NCBI GenBank assembly: GCA_026770705.1
Contig: JANJGN010000005.1
Location: 196,788,001-196,836,140 of the forward strand
Source of the DNA: Isurus oxyrinchus
Taxonomy: Eukaryota
Reading direction: 5' to 3'
Length of the DNA: 48,140 bases
The first letter of the stretch is position 1. Every line of letters begins with the position of its first letter. A program made the position numbers and the translations under genes. Shown here in pieces: positions 11,746 to 23,472 of this stretch. The notes under the pieces are model-generated. The model saw only the letters and a list, made by a program, of their open reading frames with translations. It had not been told where the DNA came from and made no database searches.

Positions 11746-11793
11746 CTGTAACTATTAGTTTAGTCCCCGGTTCCGAAAAGCTTTTTACCAGAC
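11746..11793 (-). pseudogene. TRGJ: TCR gamma J segment 3 (SGKKLFGTG / TKLIVT), +1 frameshift as sequenced; splice-frame reading LVKSFSEPGTKLIVT is open
   Basis: TTC GGA ACC GGG G ACT AAA CTA ATA GTT ACA G|GTGAG has one extra G. RSS is perfect consensus. Confidence 0.88.
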
Positions 11794-11821
11794 CACAGTG
11801 ACACAACACCGTACAAAAACC
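11794..11821 (+). other. 12-bp-spacer RSS of J3 (perfect consensus)
   Basis: CACAGTG 11794-11800, 12 nt, ACAAAAACC 11813-11821. Confidence 0.97.
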
Positions 11822-12064
11822 CTTCCACCACCCCATCTTCAGAGAGCCTGATTTACGGAACTCTGACCGAGAACATGGGTGTCGGTACCAGCACGGCGTA
11901 AACACACCTTCGGACACACACCCGACAATATAAAGTGCCTCAGTGAACATCCAAACTCTCACTAAGTACTGGGCTGACTGCCCGAGACACCCGCTGATAT
12001 TTATTGAAATAGATCTTCCCGAACCGTTTCCTTAAACCCAGCATGAAATTCAGCTCAAACTCAC

Positions 12065-12120
12065 CTGAAACGATGAGCCGAGTCCAGAGCCGAATATCAT
12101 TCTCCAGCTATCAGAGGTGA
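12065..12120 (-). pseudogene. TRGJ: TCR gamma J segment 2 (TSDSWRMIFGSG / TRLIVS), -1 frameshift as sequenced
   Basis: TTC GGC TCT GG ACT CGG CTC ATC GTT TCA G|GTGAG has one base missing between FGSG and TRLIVS. RSS and donor are intact. Either a pseudogene or a sequence error. Confidence 0.88.
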
Positions 12121-12148
12121 CACGGTGTTATATCACAGTACAAGAACC
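12121..12148 (+). other. 12-bp-spacer RSS of J2
   Basis: CACGGTG 12121-12127, 12 nt, ACAAGAACC 12140-12148. Confidence 0.93.
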
Positions 12149-12303
12149 AGGCCGGGTACCGAACCGACCCACAGCTTCTCCCACCCCCCACACAGGCACT
12201 AACCCTGCACCCACCCAGAAACTATCCACCCCGCTCCCGGTTACTCGGTATCTCGAGTGTATAGTGTATTTTACACACCCCTCCTCTCACACTGAAGTCT
12301 CAC

Positions 12304-12362
12304 CTGTGACAATGAGTTTAGTCCCGGTGCCGAAGACTTTCTCATATGTGTAGCCTGCTGAG
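12304..12362 (-). CDS. TRGJ: TCR gamma J segment 1 (SAGYTYEKVFGTGTKLIVT), intact
   Basis: FGxG motif in frame with the phase-1 donor G|GTGAG. 12-RSS upstream. Confidence 0.96.
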
Positions 12363-12390
12363 CACAGTGCTGCAGCCCCTAACAATAACC
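12363..12390 (+). other. 12-bp-spacer RSS of J1
   Basis: CACAGTG 12363-12369, 12 nt, ACAATAACC 12382-12390. Confidence 0.95.
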
Positions 12391-13080
12391 CCGCTTCCTC
12401 ACTACACACTCTCCCAGTCAAAGGCACAACTTCACAGTAACCACACAGCAACTTCTGGCAAATTCTCAGTGCCAAACATCATCCCCACCTCAACTGACCC
12501 GACCGGATTCAGACAGGCCGGATCTAACCTGGACTCACCGAGACCCGGACTCCCTCTTCCTGAACGCATTCTGACTCGGGCGCGCTTAAATATCGATAAG
12601 GTAACCAGCATAAGATTTTGGCTGATTTCAGAGCAATCTCATGGTTTTTCCTCTGTGTTCTCCCTATATTGTTACCTGTTTCACACTTTAGACATCAAAC
12701 TGCTGAGGGTTTGTGAACCCCAACTTCTGACTTGAACCAACTCCAATATCGCACCCACTGACCCACTGCTCTCCACTCTTTGTCCACCACCTGGTACACC
12801 TAGTGTTGTGGGGTGTTGGTTACAGATTAGTATATCTTAAACAAGTCTCCCTAGCCTTCAGTAGGTTCACTGTAAGTCTTTATTAACTACTGGGGCTATT
12901 TACTCATGTACAGGAAAGGGTACAGGCTAGCATCTGTCTCCATGCTTGGACATTGACCCTGGCTCTGGGTTATATGCCTTCTTACATCACTGAGTGGGCA
13001 GTACCATGCACAGTGACACATTAACCCCATACGTGCCAGACTCTTATACTGTACCACCCTCAAGTCTTTATCTAATGATT

Positions 13081-14630
13081 TTTAAAATTCATTCACAGGA
13101 TGTGGGCATCTCTGGTGAGACCAACATTTATTGCCCGTCCCTAATTACCCTTGAGAAGGTGGTGGTGAGCTGCCTTCTTGAGCCGCTGCAGCCCATGTGG
13201 TGTAGGTACACCCACAGTGCTGTTAGGAAGGGAGTTCCAGGTTTTGACCCAGCGACAGTGAAAGAATGACGATATATTTCCAAGTCAGGATGGTGAGTGG
13301 CTTGGAGGGGAACTTCCAGGTAGTGGTGTTCCCATCTATCTGCTGCTCTTGTCCTTCTAGATGGTAGTTGTCATGGGTTTGGAAGGTCCTGTCAAAGGAG
13401 CCTTGGTGAATTCCTGCAGTGCATCTTGTATGTGGTACACGCTGCTGCTACTGTGCGTCAGTGGTGGAGGGAGTGAATGTTTGTAGATGTGGTGCCAATT
13501 AAACAGGCTGCTTTGTCCTGGATGGTGTCAAGCTTCTTGAGTGTTATAGGAGCTGCACTCATCCAGGCAAGTGGGGAGTATTCCATCACACTCCTGACTT
13601 GTGCCTTGTAGATGGTGGACAGGCTTTGGGGAGTCAGAAAGTGAGTTACTCATTGCAGGGGAGGTGCTGATGTAATTATATTGTCACTGGATGAGTAATG
13701 CAGAGACCCAGGGTAATGCTCTGGGGACCTGGGTTCAAACCCCACATCAGATGGTGAAATTTAGATTCAATAAATATCTGGAATTAAGAGTCTGATGATG
13801 ACCATGAAACCATTGTCGATTGTTGTAAAAACCCATCTGGTCATTAATGTCCTTTAGGGAAGGAAATCTGTTGTCCTTATCTGGTCTGGCCTACATGTGA
13901 CACAGACCTACTCTTAAAAATGACCCCTGAAAGAGGGAAATTAGGGGTGGGCAATAAATGCTGGCCTAGCCAGTAATGCCAACATCTCATGAATGAATTA
14001 AAAAAAAAGGAATCCTAGCCTCTGACCTGCTCATGTAGCCACAGTATATGGCTAAAACCCTGGATGTGGATAGTGGGAGGTTCAGCGATGGTAATGCCAT
14101 TGAACGTCAAAGGGTGATGCTTAGATTCTCTCTTGTTGGAGATGGTCATTGCCTGGTACTTCTGTGACACAAATGTTACTTGTCACTTGTCAGCCTAAGC
14201 CTGGATATTGTCCAGGTCTAGCTGCATTTGGACATGGACTGCTTCAGTATCTGAGGAGTCGAGAATGGTGTTGAACATTGTGCAATCATCAGCGCACATC
14301 CCCACTTCTGACCTTATGGTGGAGGGAAGGTCATTGTTGAAGCAGCTGAAGATGGTTGGGCTGAGGGCACTACCCTGAGGAATCCCTGCAGTGATGTCCT
14401 GGAGCTGAGATGATTGATCTCCAACATCCACAACCAACTTCCTTCATGCTAGGTATGATTCCAACCAGCAGAGAATTCTGCCTCTGATTCTCACTGACTC
14501 CAGTTTTGCTCGGGCTCCTTGATGCCATATTTGGTAAAAGGTGGCCTTGATGTCAAGGGCAGTCACTCTCGCCTCACCTCAGGGGTTCAGCTCTTTTGTC
14601 CATGTTTGAAGCAAGGCTGTAATGAGGTCA
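13081..14630 (-). mobile_element. 5'-truncated CR1/L2-clade LINE (second family), interrupted by a SINE
   Basis: ORF 14195-14437 has GIPQGSALSP and ADDCT RT motifs. Same family as the + strand copy at 26850-29690. Confidence 0.88.
13659..14008 (+). mobile_element. tRNA-head SINE with LINE-derived 3' tail and poly(A)
   Basis: B-box-like GGTTCAAACC near 13732. The tail GGGCAATAAATGCTGGCC...CATGAA matches the LINE 3' end at 29630-29690. Ends in an A-run. Confidence 0.8.
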
Positions 14631-14929
14631 GTATTTGGAGTGCATTTGGAGTTACACTAGTTTACTTTGTCTTACATTGTTATCAGTCCCATATACTTAC
14701 ATTGTTGCTACTGCATTATCACTATTTCTACATTATCACGATTTCTACACTATCACTAATTCTACATTATCACTATTACTAAAATAACACTATTTTTACA
14801 TTATCACTACCCTATTCCAACCCATCCCCACTCACCCACCTTCAAGTCATTGAATTTACAGGTTCAGATGCTCTGGAGGCCTCATAGCCCTTCCAGATTA
14901 CTACACTTAGAGTTAAGATGAGTGTGTGG

Positions 14930-15076
14930 GATAGGGATAGGGGAAGGATTAGGGTGAGAATGAGGGTTTGTATTTATGTGAGGGTTAAAGTGAGAGTGAG
15001 GTTAGGGTTAGATTTGGATTAGAGTTAGTGTTCAGGTTAGCAATTGGGTTAAGACGAGAGTCAGGGTTAGGGTTAC
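14930..15076 (+). repeat. Degenerate TTAGGG-like (interstitial telomere-like) hexamer array
   Basis: GGGTTAGGGTTA and variants with 6-bp period. Confidence 0.6.
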
Positions 15077-15854
15077 CATGGGTCCTGGAGCTGATAGTAT
15101 CTGCAATTCATTCCACAGTGAACTCTGATTTCAATTATAACATTGTACAATCATATTGCTTAGAAGGAAGTCATTTGGCACATTATGCCTGTGTCTGCTC
15201 TTTGAAAGCACCGTCCAATTTACACTCTCTGATTCCAGAGAATGGTGGATTGTGACTGTCAATCTGATGGCAAAATAATTTCATAAAGGAGCCTGAGAAG
15301 CTCAATGGCTCCATGTTTATTCCATTTTCTCAGATGATTGTGAAAACTTGGACTGCAATTATTTTCATGCTAAACATGGGTTAGTTTTAATTGAACCTGG
15401 CATCAGGAATCTCTTGGGGTTTGAAGCAATATTGAGTTTACCTGCCACCCAGTTTTAGTGTATAGGGTGGGTTTAAAACCAGTTGTTCCTCTTGATTCAG
15501 TGGATTTCTTGTCTAATGAGTTAGGTTAAAATTACTCAACAGTTGCAAAGATGTACAATATCAGAGCACTGCACTCTGCTAAGGAAATGTAGGGACTTAA
15601 CAACTATCACAGTACAAGCTGTTTTATTTTTACTCATTCATGGGATGTGGGTGTCAAAGGCCAACATTTATTGCCCATTCCTGTTTGCTCTTGAGAAGAT
15701 GGTGATGTGCTGCCTTCCTGTTAGTTTAGAAGCACATACTAGGAGCAACATTAGGTGCACCTAAAAATGCAGGACCAACCTAGTGAAGCTACAACACAAG
15801 ACTACATGTATGTTAAATAGTGGAAGCAGCATGCTATAGACAAAGCTAAACATT

Positions 15855-17412
15855 GGGATCCCCAGGTCCAGATGATTTGTGTCCCAGACTGCTGAGGGAG
15901 GCAAAGGAGGAGATCGCAGGGGCTCTGACCCAAATTTTTAATTCCTCTCTGCCCACGGGAAAGGTGCCAGAGGACTGGAGAACAGCTAATGTGGTTCCGC
16001 TATTTAAGAAGGGTTGTAGAGATAAGCCAGGGAACTACAGGCCAGTGAGTCTCACATCAGTGGTAGGGAAACTATTGGAGAAAATTCTGAAGGAGAGTAT
16101 CTATCTCCACTTGGAGAGAAAAGGTTTGATCAGGGATAGTCAGCATGGCTTTGTCAGAGGGAGGTCATGCCTAACAAATTTGACTGAATTTTTTGAGGAG
16201 GTGACCAGGTGTGTAGATGAGGGTAGTGCTGTTGATGTAGTTTATATGGATTTCAGCAAAGCCTTTAACAAGGTCTCACTTGGGAGACTTATAAAGAAGG
16301 CAAAGGCTCATTGGATACAGGGTAATTTGATAAGGTGGATTCAAAATTGGCTTAGTTGTAGGAGGCAGAGGGTGATGACAGAAGGATGCTTTAGTTACTG
16401 GAAGCCAGTATCCAGTGGCGTACCACTGGGATCTGTGCTGTGTGCCCTATTATTTGTCAATTATATAAACGACATAGATGACTATGTGGGGGGTAGGATT
16501 AGTATGTTTGCGGATGACACAAAGATTGACCGGGTGGTTAACAGTGAGGCTGAATGTCTTGGGCTACAGGAAGATATAGATGGGATGGTCAAATGAGCAG
16601 ATAAGTGGCAAATGGAATTTAACCCTGAAAAATGTGAGGTGATACACTTTGGAAGGAGTAATTTGAGAGGGAAGTATTCAATGAACAGCATGGCACTAGG
16701 AAGTTCTGAGGAGCAAAGGGACCTTGGCGTGTGTGTTCATAGATCTCTGAAGGTGGAGGAGCATGTTAGTGGGGTGGTGAAAAAGGCATATGGCAAACTT
16801 GTCCATATACTTGTCCAGTAGGGAGGTCATGTTGGAGTTGTATAGGACCTTAGTGAGGCCACAGCTGAAGTACTGTGTGCAGTTCTGGTCACCACATTAT
16901 AGGAAGGATGTGATTGCACTGGAGGGGGTGCAGAAGAGATTCACCAGGATGTTGCCTGAGATGAAACATTTAAGTTATGAAGAGAGGTTGGATAGAATTG
17001 GGTTGTTTTCATTGGAGCTGGGAAGACAGAGGGGTGACTTGATCGAGGTGTACAGGATTATGAGGGGCATGGACAGGGTGGATAGGGAACAGCTGTTCCC
17101 CTTAGTTGGAGGGTCAGTCACAAGGAGACATAAGTTCAAGGTGAGGGGCAGGAGGTTTAGGGGGGATGTGAGGAAAAACCTTTTTACCCAGAGGGTGGTG
17201 ACAGTCTGGAATGCGCTGCCTGGGAGGGTGGTGGAGGCGGGTTGCCTCACATCCTTTAAAAAGTACCTGGATGAGCACTTGGCACATCATAACATTCAAG
17301 GCTATGGGCCAAGTGCAAGTAAATGGGATTAGGTAGGTAGGCCAGGTGTTTCTCATGTGTCGGTACAGACTCGATGGGCCAAAGGGCCTCTTCAGTGCTG
17401 TGTGATTCTGTG
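15855..17412 (+). mobile_element. CR1 LINE, 5'-truncated ORF2 (RT) + 3' UTR
   Basis: PGNYRPVSLTS, DFSKAF, FADDTK motifs. Internal stop and frameshift. Confidence 0.95.
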
Positions 17413-17759
17413 AAAAATGTTTGCTTTCATCTCTTTCAGTTAAACAAAGCACTATTAGGTAGTGACAATGAAGGATTGGCAATACAGTTCCAAATCATAA
17501 TGCTGCCTGACTTGGAGGGAAACTTGCAGGTGCTGGTAGCCCCAAGTGCCTGCTGCCCTTGTCCTTCTAGGCAGTTTTCTACATTGCCAGGTAGATGCCA
17601 GTGTTATACCATTACAGGAACAGTTTGGAAAAAATTGTGGTTCATAGCCTATGCTGTATTCAATGTGCTCAGCTGCTTCTTAATATTACAGGGAGTGAAT
17701 CAAATTGGTGTACACTGACACATTTGATGCTGGAGGCCTCAGGAAGAGGTTAAGATGGA

Positions 17760-18530
17760 TCATCCACTCAGCATTTTTGGCAGAAGATTGTTGCAAATGT
17801 TTCAGCCTTGTCTTTTACACTGATGTACTGGACTCTGCTAAGATTGAGGATGAGAATGTTCGTGGATCCTACTCCTCCAGTTAGCTGTAAATGCTGAGCC
17901 TTGTCTTTTGTACTCACATGCTGGGCTCTTCCTGTAAGTTATTTAATTATCTGCCACTATTCATCATTGGAAATTGCAAGACTGCAGAGTTTTGATCTGT
18001 TCTGTTGATGTGGGATTGTTTAGCTTTGACTATAGCATGCTGCTTCCACTGTTTAACATACATGTAGTCTTGTGTTGTAGCTTTACTAGACTGATCCTGC
18101 ATCTATAGGTGCACCTAGTGTTGCTCCTAGTCTGTGCTTCTAAATTCCATATTGAACAGTTTTGATCATTTAGCTTGATGGAAATGATAGAATGAGGAAT
18201 ATGCAGGACATTAAATCACAGATTGTGGTGGAATACAATTCAGCTGCTACTGATGGCCCACAGCACCTCATGGATACCCACTTTTTGAGTGCTAGATCTA
18301 TTCTGAATCGATCTCATTTAGCACAGCGGCAGTGCCGCACAACGCAATGGAGGATGTCCCCCATCTGAAGACGGTACTGTGCAGTGATCATTCTGATCAA
18401 TGTTGTCATGGATAGGTATCTCTTTCATTAGTAGGGTCAAGTTCAAGTAGTTTATTTCCTTGTGTTTTGTTCTTTCACTACCTGCTGCAGGCCCTGTCTG
18501 GAAGCTTTGTCCTTCAGGACGCTTGTCAGT
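17760..18530 (-). mobile_element. Decayed LINE fragment (second family, upstream ORF2 region)
   Basis: Reverse-complement similarity to 26850-27160. Confidence 0.65.
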
Positions 18531-18647
18531 CCAATTAGTAGGGGTTCCTATGAGTCATAGAATCATAGAGTTATTCAGATAATGAAGGAGGTTATTCAAC
18601 CCATTGAGTCCATTGGCTCTCTGTAGAGCAACCAGTCCCACTCCCCT

Positions 18648-19205
18648 GCAATATTGTGAGCAATTTTGGGCCTCGTATCTCAGGAAGGATGTGCTGGCCC
18701 TGGAGAGGGTCCAGAGGAGGTTCACGAGAATGATCCCAGGAATGAAAGGCTTAAACATATGAGGAACGTTTGAGGACTCTGGGTCTATATTCGATGGAGT
18801 TTAGAAGGATGAGGGGGGATCTGATTGAAACTTACAGAATACTGAAAGGCCTGGATAGAGTGGACGTGGGGAAGATGTTTCCATTAGTAGAAGAGACTAG
18901 GACCCGAGGGCACAGCCTCAGAGTAAAGGGAAGACCTTTTAGAACAGAAATGAGGAGAAACTTCTTTAGCCAGAGAGTGGTGAATCTATGAAATTCATTG
19001 TCACAGAAGGCTGTGGAGGCCAGGTCTTTGAGTGTATTTAAGACTGAGACAGATAGGTTCTTGACTGGGAAGGGGATCAAAGATTACAGGGAGAAGGCGG
19101 GAGAATGGGGTTGAGAAACTTATCAGTCATGATTGAATGGCAGAGCAGACTCGATGGGCTGAATGGCCTAATTTCTGCTCCTATGTCTTATGGTCTTGTG
19201 GTCTA
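18648..19205 (+). mobile_element. CR1 3' end
   Basis: RGDLIETYRIL...FFSQRVV, ending in a CTTATGGT-type tail. Confidence 0.9.
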
Positions 19206-19289
19206 TCCTTGTAGCATTGGCTCTCTGTACTTAGGAAAGCTAATAGAATATTTTCATTCATTGTGAGGGGAATTGTGAGATCAAAAAAG

Positions 19290-20890
19290 AGGTGTTAGGC
19301 ATCTTGAAGAATATTAAGGTGGATAAGCCCCCAGGGCCAGATGGGATCTACCCCAGAGTACTGAGGGAGGAGATTGCTGGGGCCTTGACAGAAATCTTTG
19401 TATCCTCACTGGCTACGGGTGAGATCCCAGAGGACTGGAGAATGGCCAATGTTGTTCCATTGTTTAAGAAGGGTAGCAGGGATCATCCAGGAAATTACAG
19501 GCCGGTGAGCCTTACGTCAATGGTAGGGAAATTATTGGAGAAGATTCTTCGTGACAGGATTTACTACCATTTGGAAGCAAATGGGCGTATTAGTGAGAGG
19601 CAGCATGGCTTTGTGAAGGGGAGGTCGTGTGTCACTAACTTGATCGAGCTTTTCGAGAAAGTGACAAAGATGATCGACGATGGAAGGGCAGTGGATGTTA
19701 TATACATGGATTTCAGTAAGGCGTTTGACAAGGTCCCTCATGGCAGACTGGTACAGAAGGTAAAGTCGCACGGGATCAGAGGTGAGGTGGCAGAATGGAT
19801 ACAGAATTGGCTTGGTCATAGAAGACAGAGGGTAGCAATGGAAGGGTGCTTTTCTGAATGGAGAGCTGTGACTAGTGGTGTTCCGCAGGGATCAGTGCTG
19901 GCACCTTTGCTGTTTGTAGTATATGTAAATGATTTGGAGGAAAATGTAACTGGACTAATTAGTAAGTTTGCAGATGACACTAAGGTTGGAGGAGTTGCAG
20001 ATAGTGAAGAAGATTGTCAAAGGATACAACAGGATGTAGATTGGTTGGAGACTTCGGTGGAGAAATGACAGATGGAGTTTAATCCAGACAAATGCAAGGT
20101 AATGCATTTTGGAAGGTCTAATACAGGCAGGAATTACACAGCAAATGGCAAAACCCTTAAGTGCATTGACGGGCAGAGGGATCTGGGTGTACAGGTCCAC
20201 AGGTCACTGAAAGTGGCAACGCAGGTGGATAAGGTAGTCAGGAAGGCATATGGCATGCTTGCCTTCATTGGCAGGGGTATTGAGTATAAAAGCTGGGAAG
20301 TCATGCTGCAGCTGTATAGAACCTTGGTTAGGCCACACTTGGAATATTGCTTGCAATTCTGGTCACCACATTACCAGAAGGATATGGAGGCATTGGAGAG
20401 GGTGCAGAGGAGGTTTACCAGGATGCTGCCTGGTCTGGAGGTTATTAGCTATGAGGAGAGGTTGGAGAAACTCGGATTGTTCTCACTAGAGTGACAGAGA
20501 TTGAGGGGCGACTTGATAGAAGTTTACAAAATTATGAGTGGCATGGACAGAGTAGATAGTCAGAAGTTTTTTCCCAGGGTGGAAGAGTCAATTACTAGGG
20601 GACATGGATTTAAGGTGAGAGGAGAAAACTATAAAGGTGGTGTGCGGGACAAGTTTTTTACACAGAGGATAGTGCGTGTCTGGAACTCGCTGCCAGAGGA
20701 GGTGGTGGAAGCAGGTACGATAGTGGTGTTTAAGAGGCAGCTTGACAAATACATGAATAGGATGGGAATAGAGGGATACGGACCCCGGAAATGCAAAATG
20801 TTTTAGTTGATGGGCAATATGATCAGCACAGGCTTGGAGGGCCGAAGGGCCTGTTCCTGTGCTGTACCTTTCTTTGTTCTTTGTTCATTC
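19290..20890 (+). mobile_element. CR1 LINE, 5'-truncated ORF2 (RT) + 3' UTR
   Basis: Three collinear ORFs split by stops, with GVPQGSVL and FADDTK. Tail (TTCTTTG)n. Confidence 0.95.
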
Positions 20891-20909
20891 TTTGAATTGA
20901 TCACAAAAG

Positions 20910-21495
20910 ATTTTGCTACAGTTGTACAGGGCATTGGTGAGACTTCATCTGAACTGTTGTGTACAGTGCTGGTCTCCTTGTTTAAAGAAAGATAGAAATG
21001 ATTAGAAGCAGGTTTACGAGACTAATACCAGGAGTGGGTGGGATGTCTGATGAGGAAAGGTTGGATAGTCTAGGCTTGTATCCACTGGAATTTAGAAGAG
21101 TAAGAGGTGCCTTAGTTGAAACCTTTAAGATCCTGAGGGGTCTTGACAGGGTGGATGTGGAGGGGATGTTTCCTCATGTGGGAGAATCTAGAACTAGGGG
21201 TCACTGTTTAAAAATAAGGGATCACCCATTTAAGTCAGCGATGAGGAGAAATTTCTTCTCAGAGGGTAGTGAATCTTTGGAAATCTCTTCCTCAAAAGGT
21301 GGTGGAAGCAGAGCCTTTGAATATTTTTAAGGCAGATCTAGATGGATCCTTAATTAACAAGAGGGGGAAAGGTTATCGGGGGTAGGTAGGAATGTGGGGT
21401 TGAGGTTACATTCAGATCATCCGCGATTCTATTGAATGGTGGAGCAGGCCCAAGGGGCTGAGTGGCCTACACCTGCTCCTAACTGTATGTTCATG
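20910..21495 (+). mobile_element. CR1 3' end
   Basis: ORF 20998-21330 resembles the CR1 ORF2 C-terminus. Confidence 0.85.
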
Positions 21496-21669
21496 GGCAG
21501 ATCACTACTATAAAAATATTGTCATTAATTCAAGAAAAACACAATGACAACAATGTAAATCTGAAAGTAAGAGCCTAATGGCCTGCACTGTGCAACAAAG
21601 AAAAGGGAGGTCTTTTCTATTCATTCCCTGCCCTTCAGCAGTTCACTGTGTCTTGTCAGTGAGAGCAGA

Positions 21670-23472
21670 TATTGTTGCAAATGTCAAAGCTGACACTGCA
21701 GAGCTCAGGAAGCGCTGCACTGTTGGAGGTGCAGAGCTCAGGAAGTGCTGCACTGTTGGAGGTGCAGAGCTCAGGAAGGGCTGCACTGTTAGAGGTGCAG
21801 AGCTCAGGAAGTGCTGCACTGTTAGAGGTGCAGAGCTCAGGAAGTGCTGCACTGTTAGAGGTGCAGAGCTCAGGAAGTGCTGCACTGTTAGAGGTTCAGA
21901 GCTCAAGAAGCGCTGCACTGTTGGAGGTGCAGAGCTCAGGAAGCGCTGCACTGTTGGAGGTGCAGAGCTCAGGAAGTGCTGCACTGTTGGAGGTGCAGAG
22001 CTCAGGAAGTGCTGCACTGTTGGAGGTGCAGAGCTCAGGAAGTGCTGCACTGTTGGAGGTGCAGAGCTCAGGAAGGGCTGCACTGTTAGAGGTGCAGAGC
22101 TCAGGAAGTGCTGCACTGTTAGAGGTGCAGAGCTCAAGAAGCGCTGCACTGTTGGAGGTGCAGAGCTCAGGAAGTGCTGCACTGTTAGAGGTGCAGAGCT
22201 CAGGAAGTGCTGCACTGTTAGAGGTGCAGAGCTCAGGAAGTGCTGCACTGTTGGAGGTGCAGAGCTCAGGAAGCGCTGCACTATTGGAGGTGCAGATCTC
22301 AGGAAGCGCTGCACTGTTGGAGGTGCAGAGCTCAGGAAGCGCTGCACTGTTGGAGGTGCAGAGCTCAGGAAGTGCTGCACTGTTGGAGGTGCAGAGCTCA
22401 GGAAGTGCTGCACTGTTGGAGGTGCAGAGCTCAGGAAGTGCTGCACTGTTGGAGGTGCAGAGCTCAGGAAGTGCTGCACTGTTGGAGGTGCAGAGCTCAG
22501 GAAGTGCTGCACTGTTGGAGGTGCAGAGCTCAGGAAATGCTGCACTGTTGGAGGTGCAGAGCTCAGGAAGTGCTGCACTGTTAGTGGTGCAGAGCTCAAG
22601 AAATGCTGCACTGTTGGAGGTGCAGAGCTCAGGAAGTGCTGCACTGTTGGAGGTGCAGAGCTCAGGAAGTGCTGCACTGTTGGAGGTGCAGAGCTCAGGA
22701 AGTGCTGCACTGTTGGAGGTGCAGAGCTCAGGAAGTGCTGCACTGTTGGAGGTGCAGAGCTCAGGAAGTGCTGCACTGTTGGAGGTGCAGAGCTCAGGAA
22801 GTGCTGCACTGTTGAAGGTGCAGAGCTCAGGAAGTGCTGCACTGTTGGAGGTGCAGAGCTCAGGAAGTGCTGCACTGTTGGAGGTGCAGAGCTCAGGAAG
22901 TGCTGCACTGTTGGAGGTGCAGAGCTCAGGAAACGCTGCACTGTTGGAGGTGCAGAGCTCAGGAAGTGCTGCACTGTTGGAGGTGCAGAGCTCAGGAAAC
23001 GCTGCACTGTTGGAGGTGCAGAGCTCAGGAAACGCTGCACTGTTGGAGGTGCAGAGCTCAGGAAGTGCTGCACTGTTGGAGGTGCAGAGCTCAGGAAGTG
23101 CTGTACTGTTAGAGGTGCAGAGCTCAGGAAGTGCTGCACTGTTGGAGGTGCCTTCTTTCAGAAGTGCCATTAAGCTGAAGCCCCATCCACCTTCTTGGGT
23201 GGATGTAAAAGACCCATAGCACTATTTGAGGAAGAGCAGGGGAATTCTCCCTGGTTCCTAGCCAATATTTATTCTGAATCAATGTCACAAGAAACACGGT
23301 TATATGAGTATCATCATATTGCTGAGGTTTGCTAAATGCAAGTTAACTACTGCATTTGTTACATCACAACAAGACATCTCATCTTTAAAAAGTACTTCAC
23401 TGGCTGTAAAGTGCTTCAAGATGTCTGATGGTTGTGAAAGGTGCTATTGAAATGCAAGTCTTTCTTTTTTTT
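21670..23472 (+). mobile_element. Deu-domain (SacSINE1/AmnSINE-like) SINE hosting a minisatellite
   Basis: After the array: GGTGGATGTAAAAGACCCATAGCACTATTTGAGGAAGAGCAGGGGAATTCTCCCTGG, ending AAATGCAAGTCTTTCTTTT. Family name is from recall. Confidence 0.75.
21698..23149. repeat. 33-bp minisatellite (GCAGAGCTCAGGAAGTGCTGCACTGTTGGAGGT), 44 copies
   Basis: 1452 bp = 44 x 33; explains the long repetitive ORFs. Confidence 0.98.

Noticed and set aside
12015-12565. STAT5 sites in the J promoter region (TTCCCGAA, TTCCTGAA)
   Set aside because: Spacing is N2, not the TTC-N3-GAA that STAT5 requires.
12804-13055. Possible second short solo LTR upstream of J1
   Set aside because: TG start is present but I could not define a CA end or TSD.
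12430-13230. CACAGTA/CACAGCA/CACAGTG words as possible D-segment RSSs (12433, 12444, 13009, 13213)
   Set aside because: No nonamer at 12 or 23 bp and no paired flanking RSS; the last lies in a LINE tail.
15853-20806. CR1 RT ORFs as active or domesticated genes
   Set aside because: 5'-truncated, with in-frame stops and frameshifts; ordinary dead copies.
21578-23219. Long Cys-rich repetitive ORFs (424-531 aa) on both strands
   Set aside because: Produced by a 33-bp minisatellite that is stop-free in most frames. No splice or promoter context.
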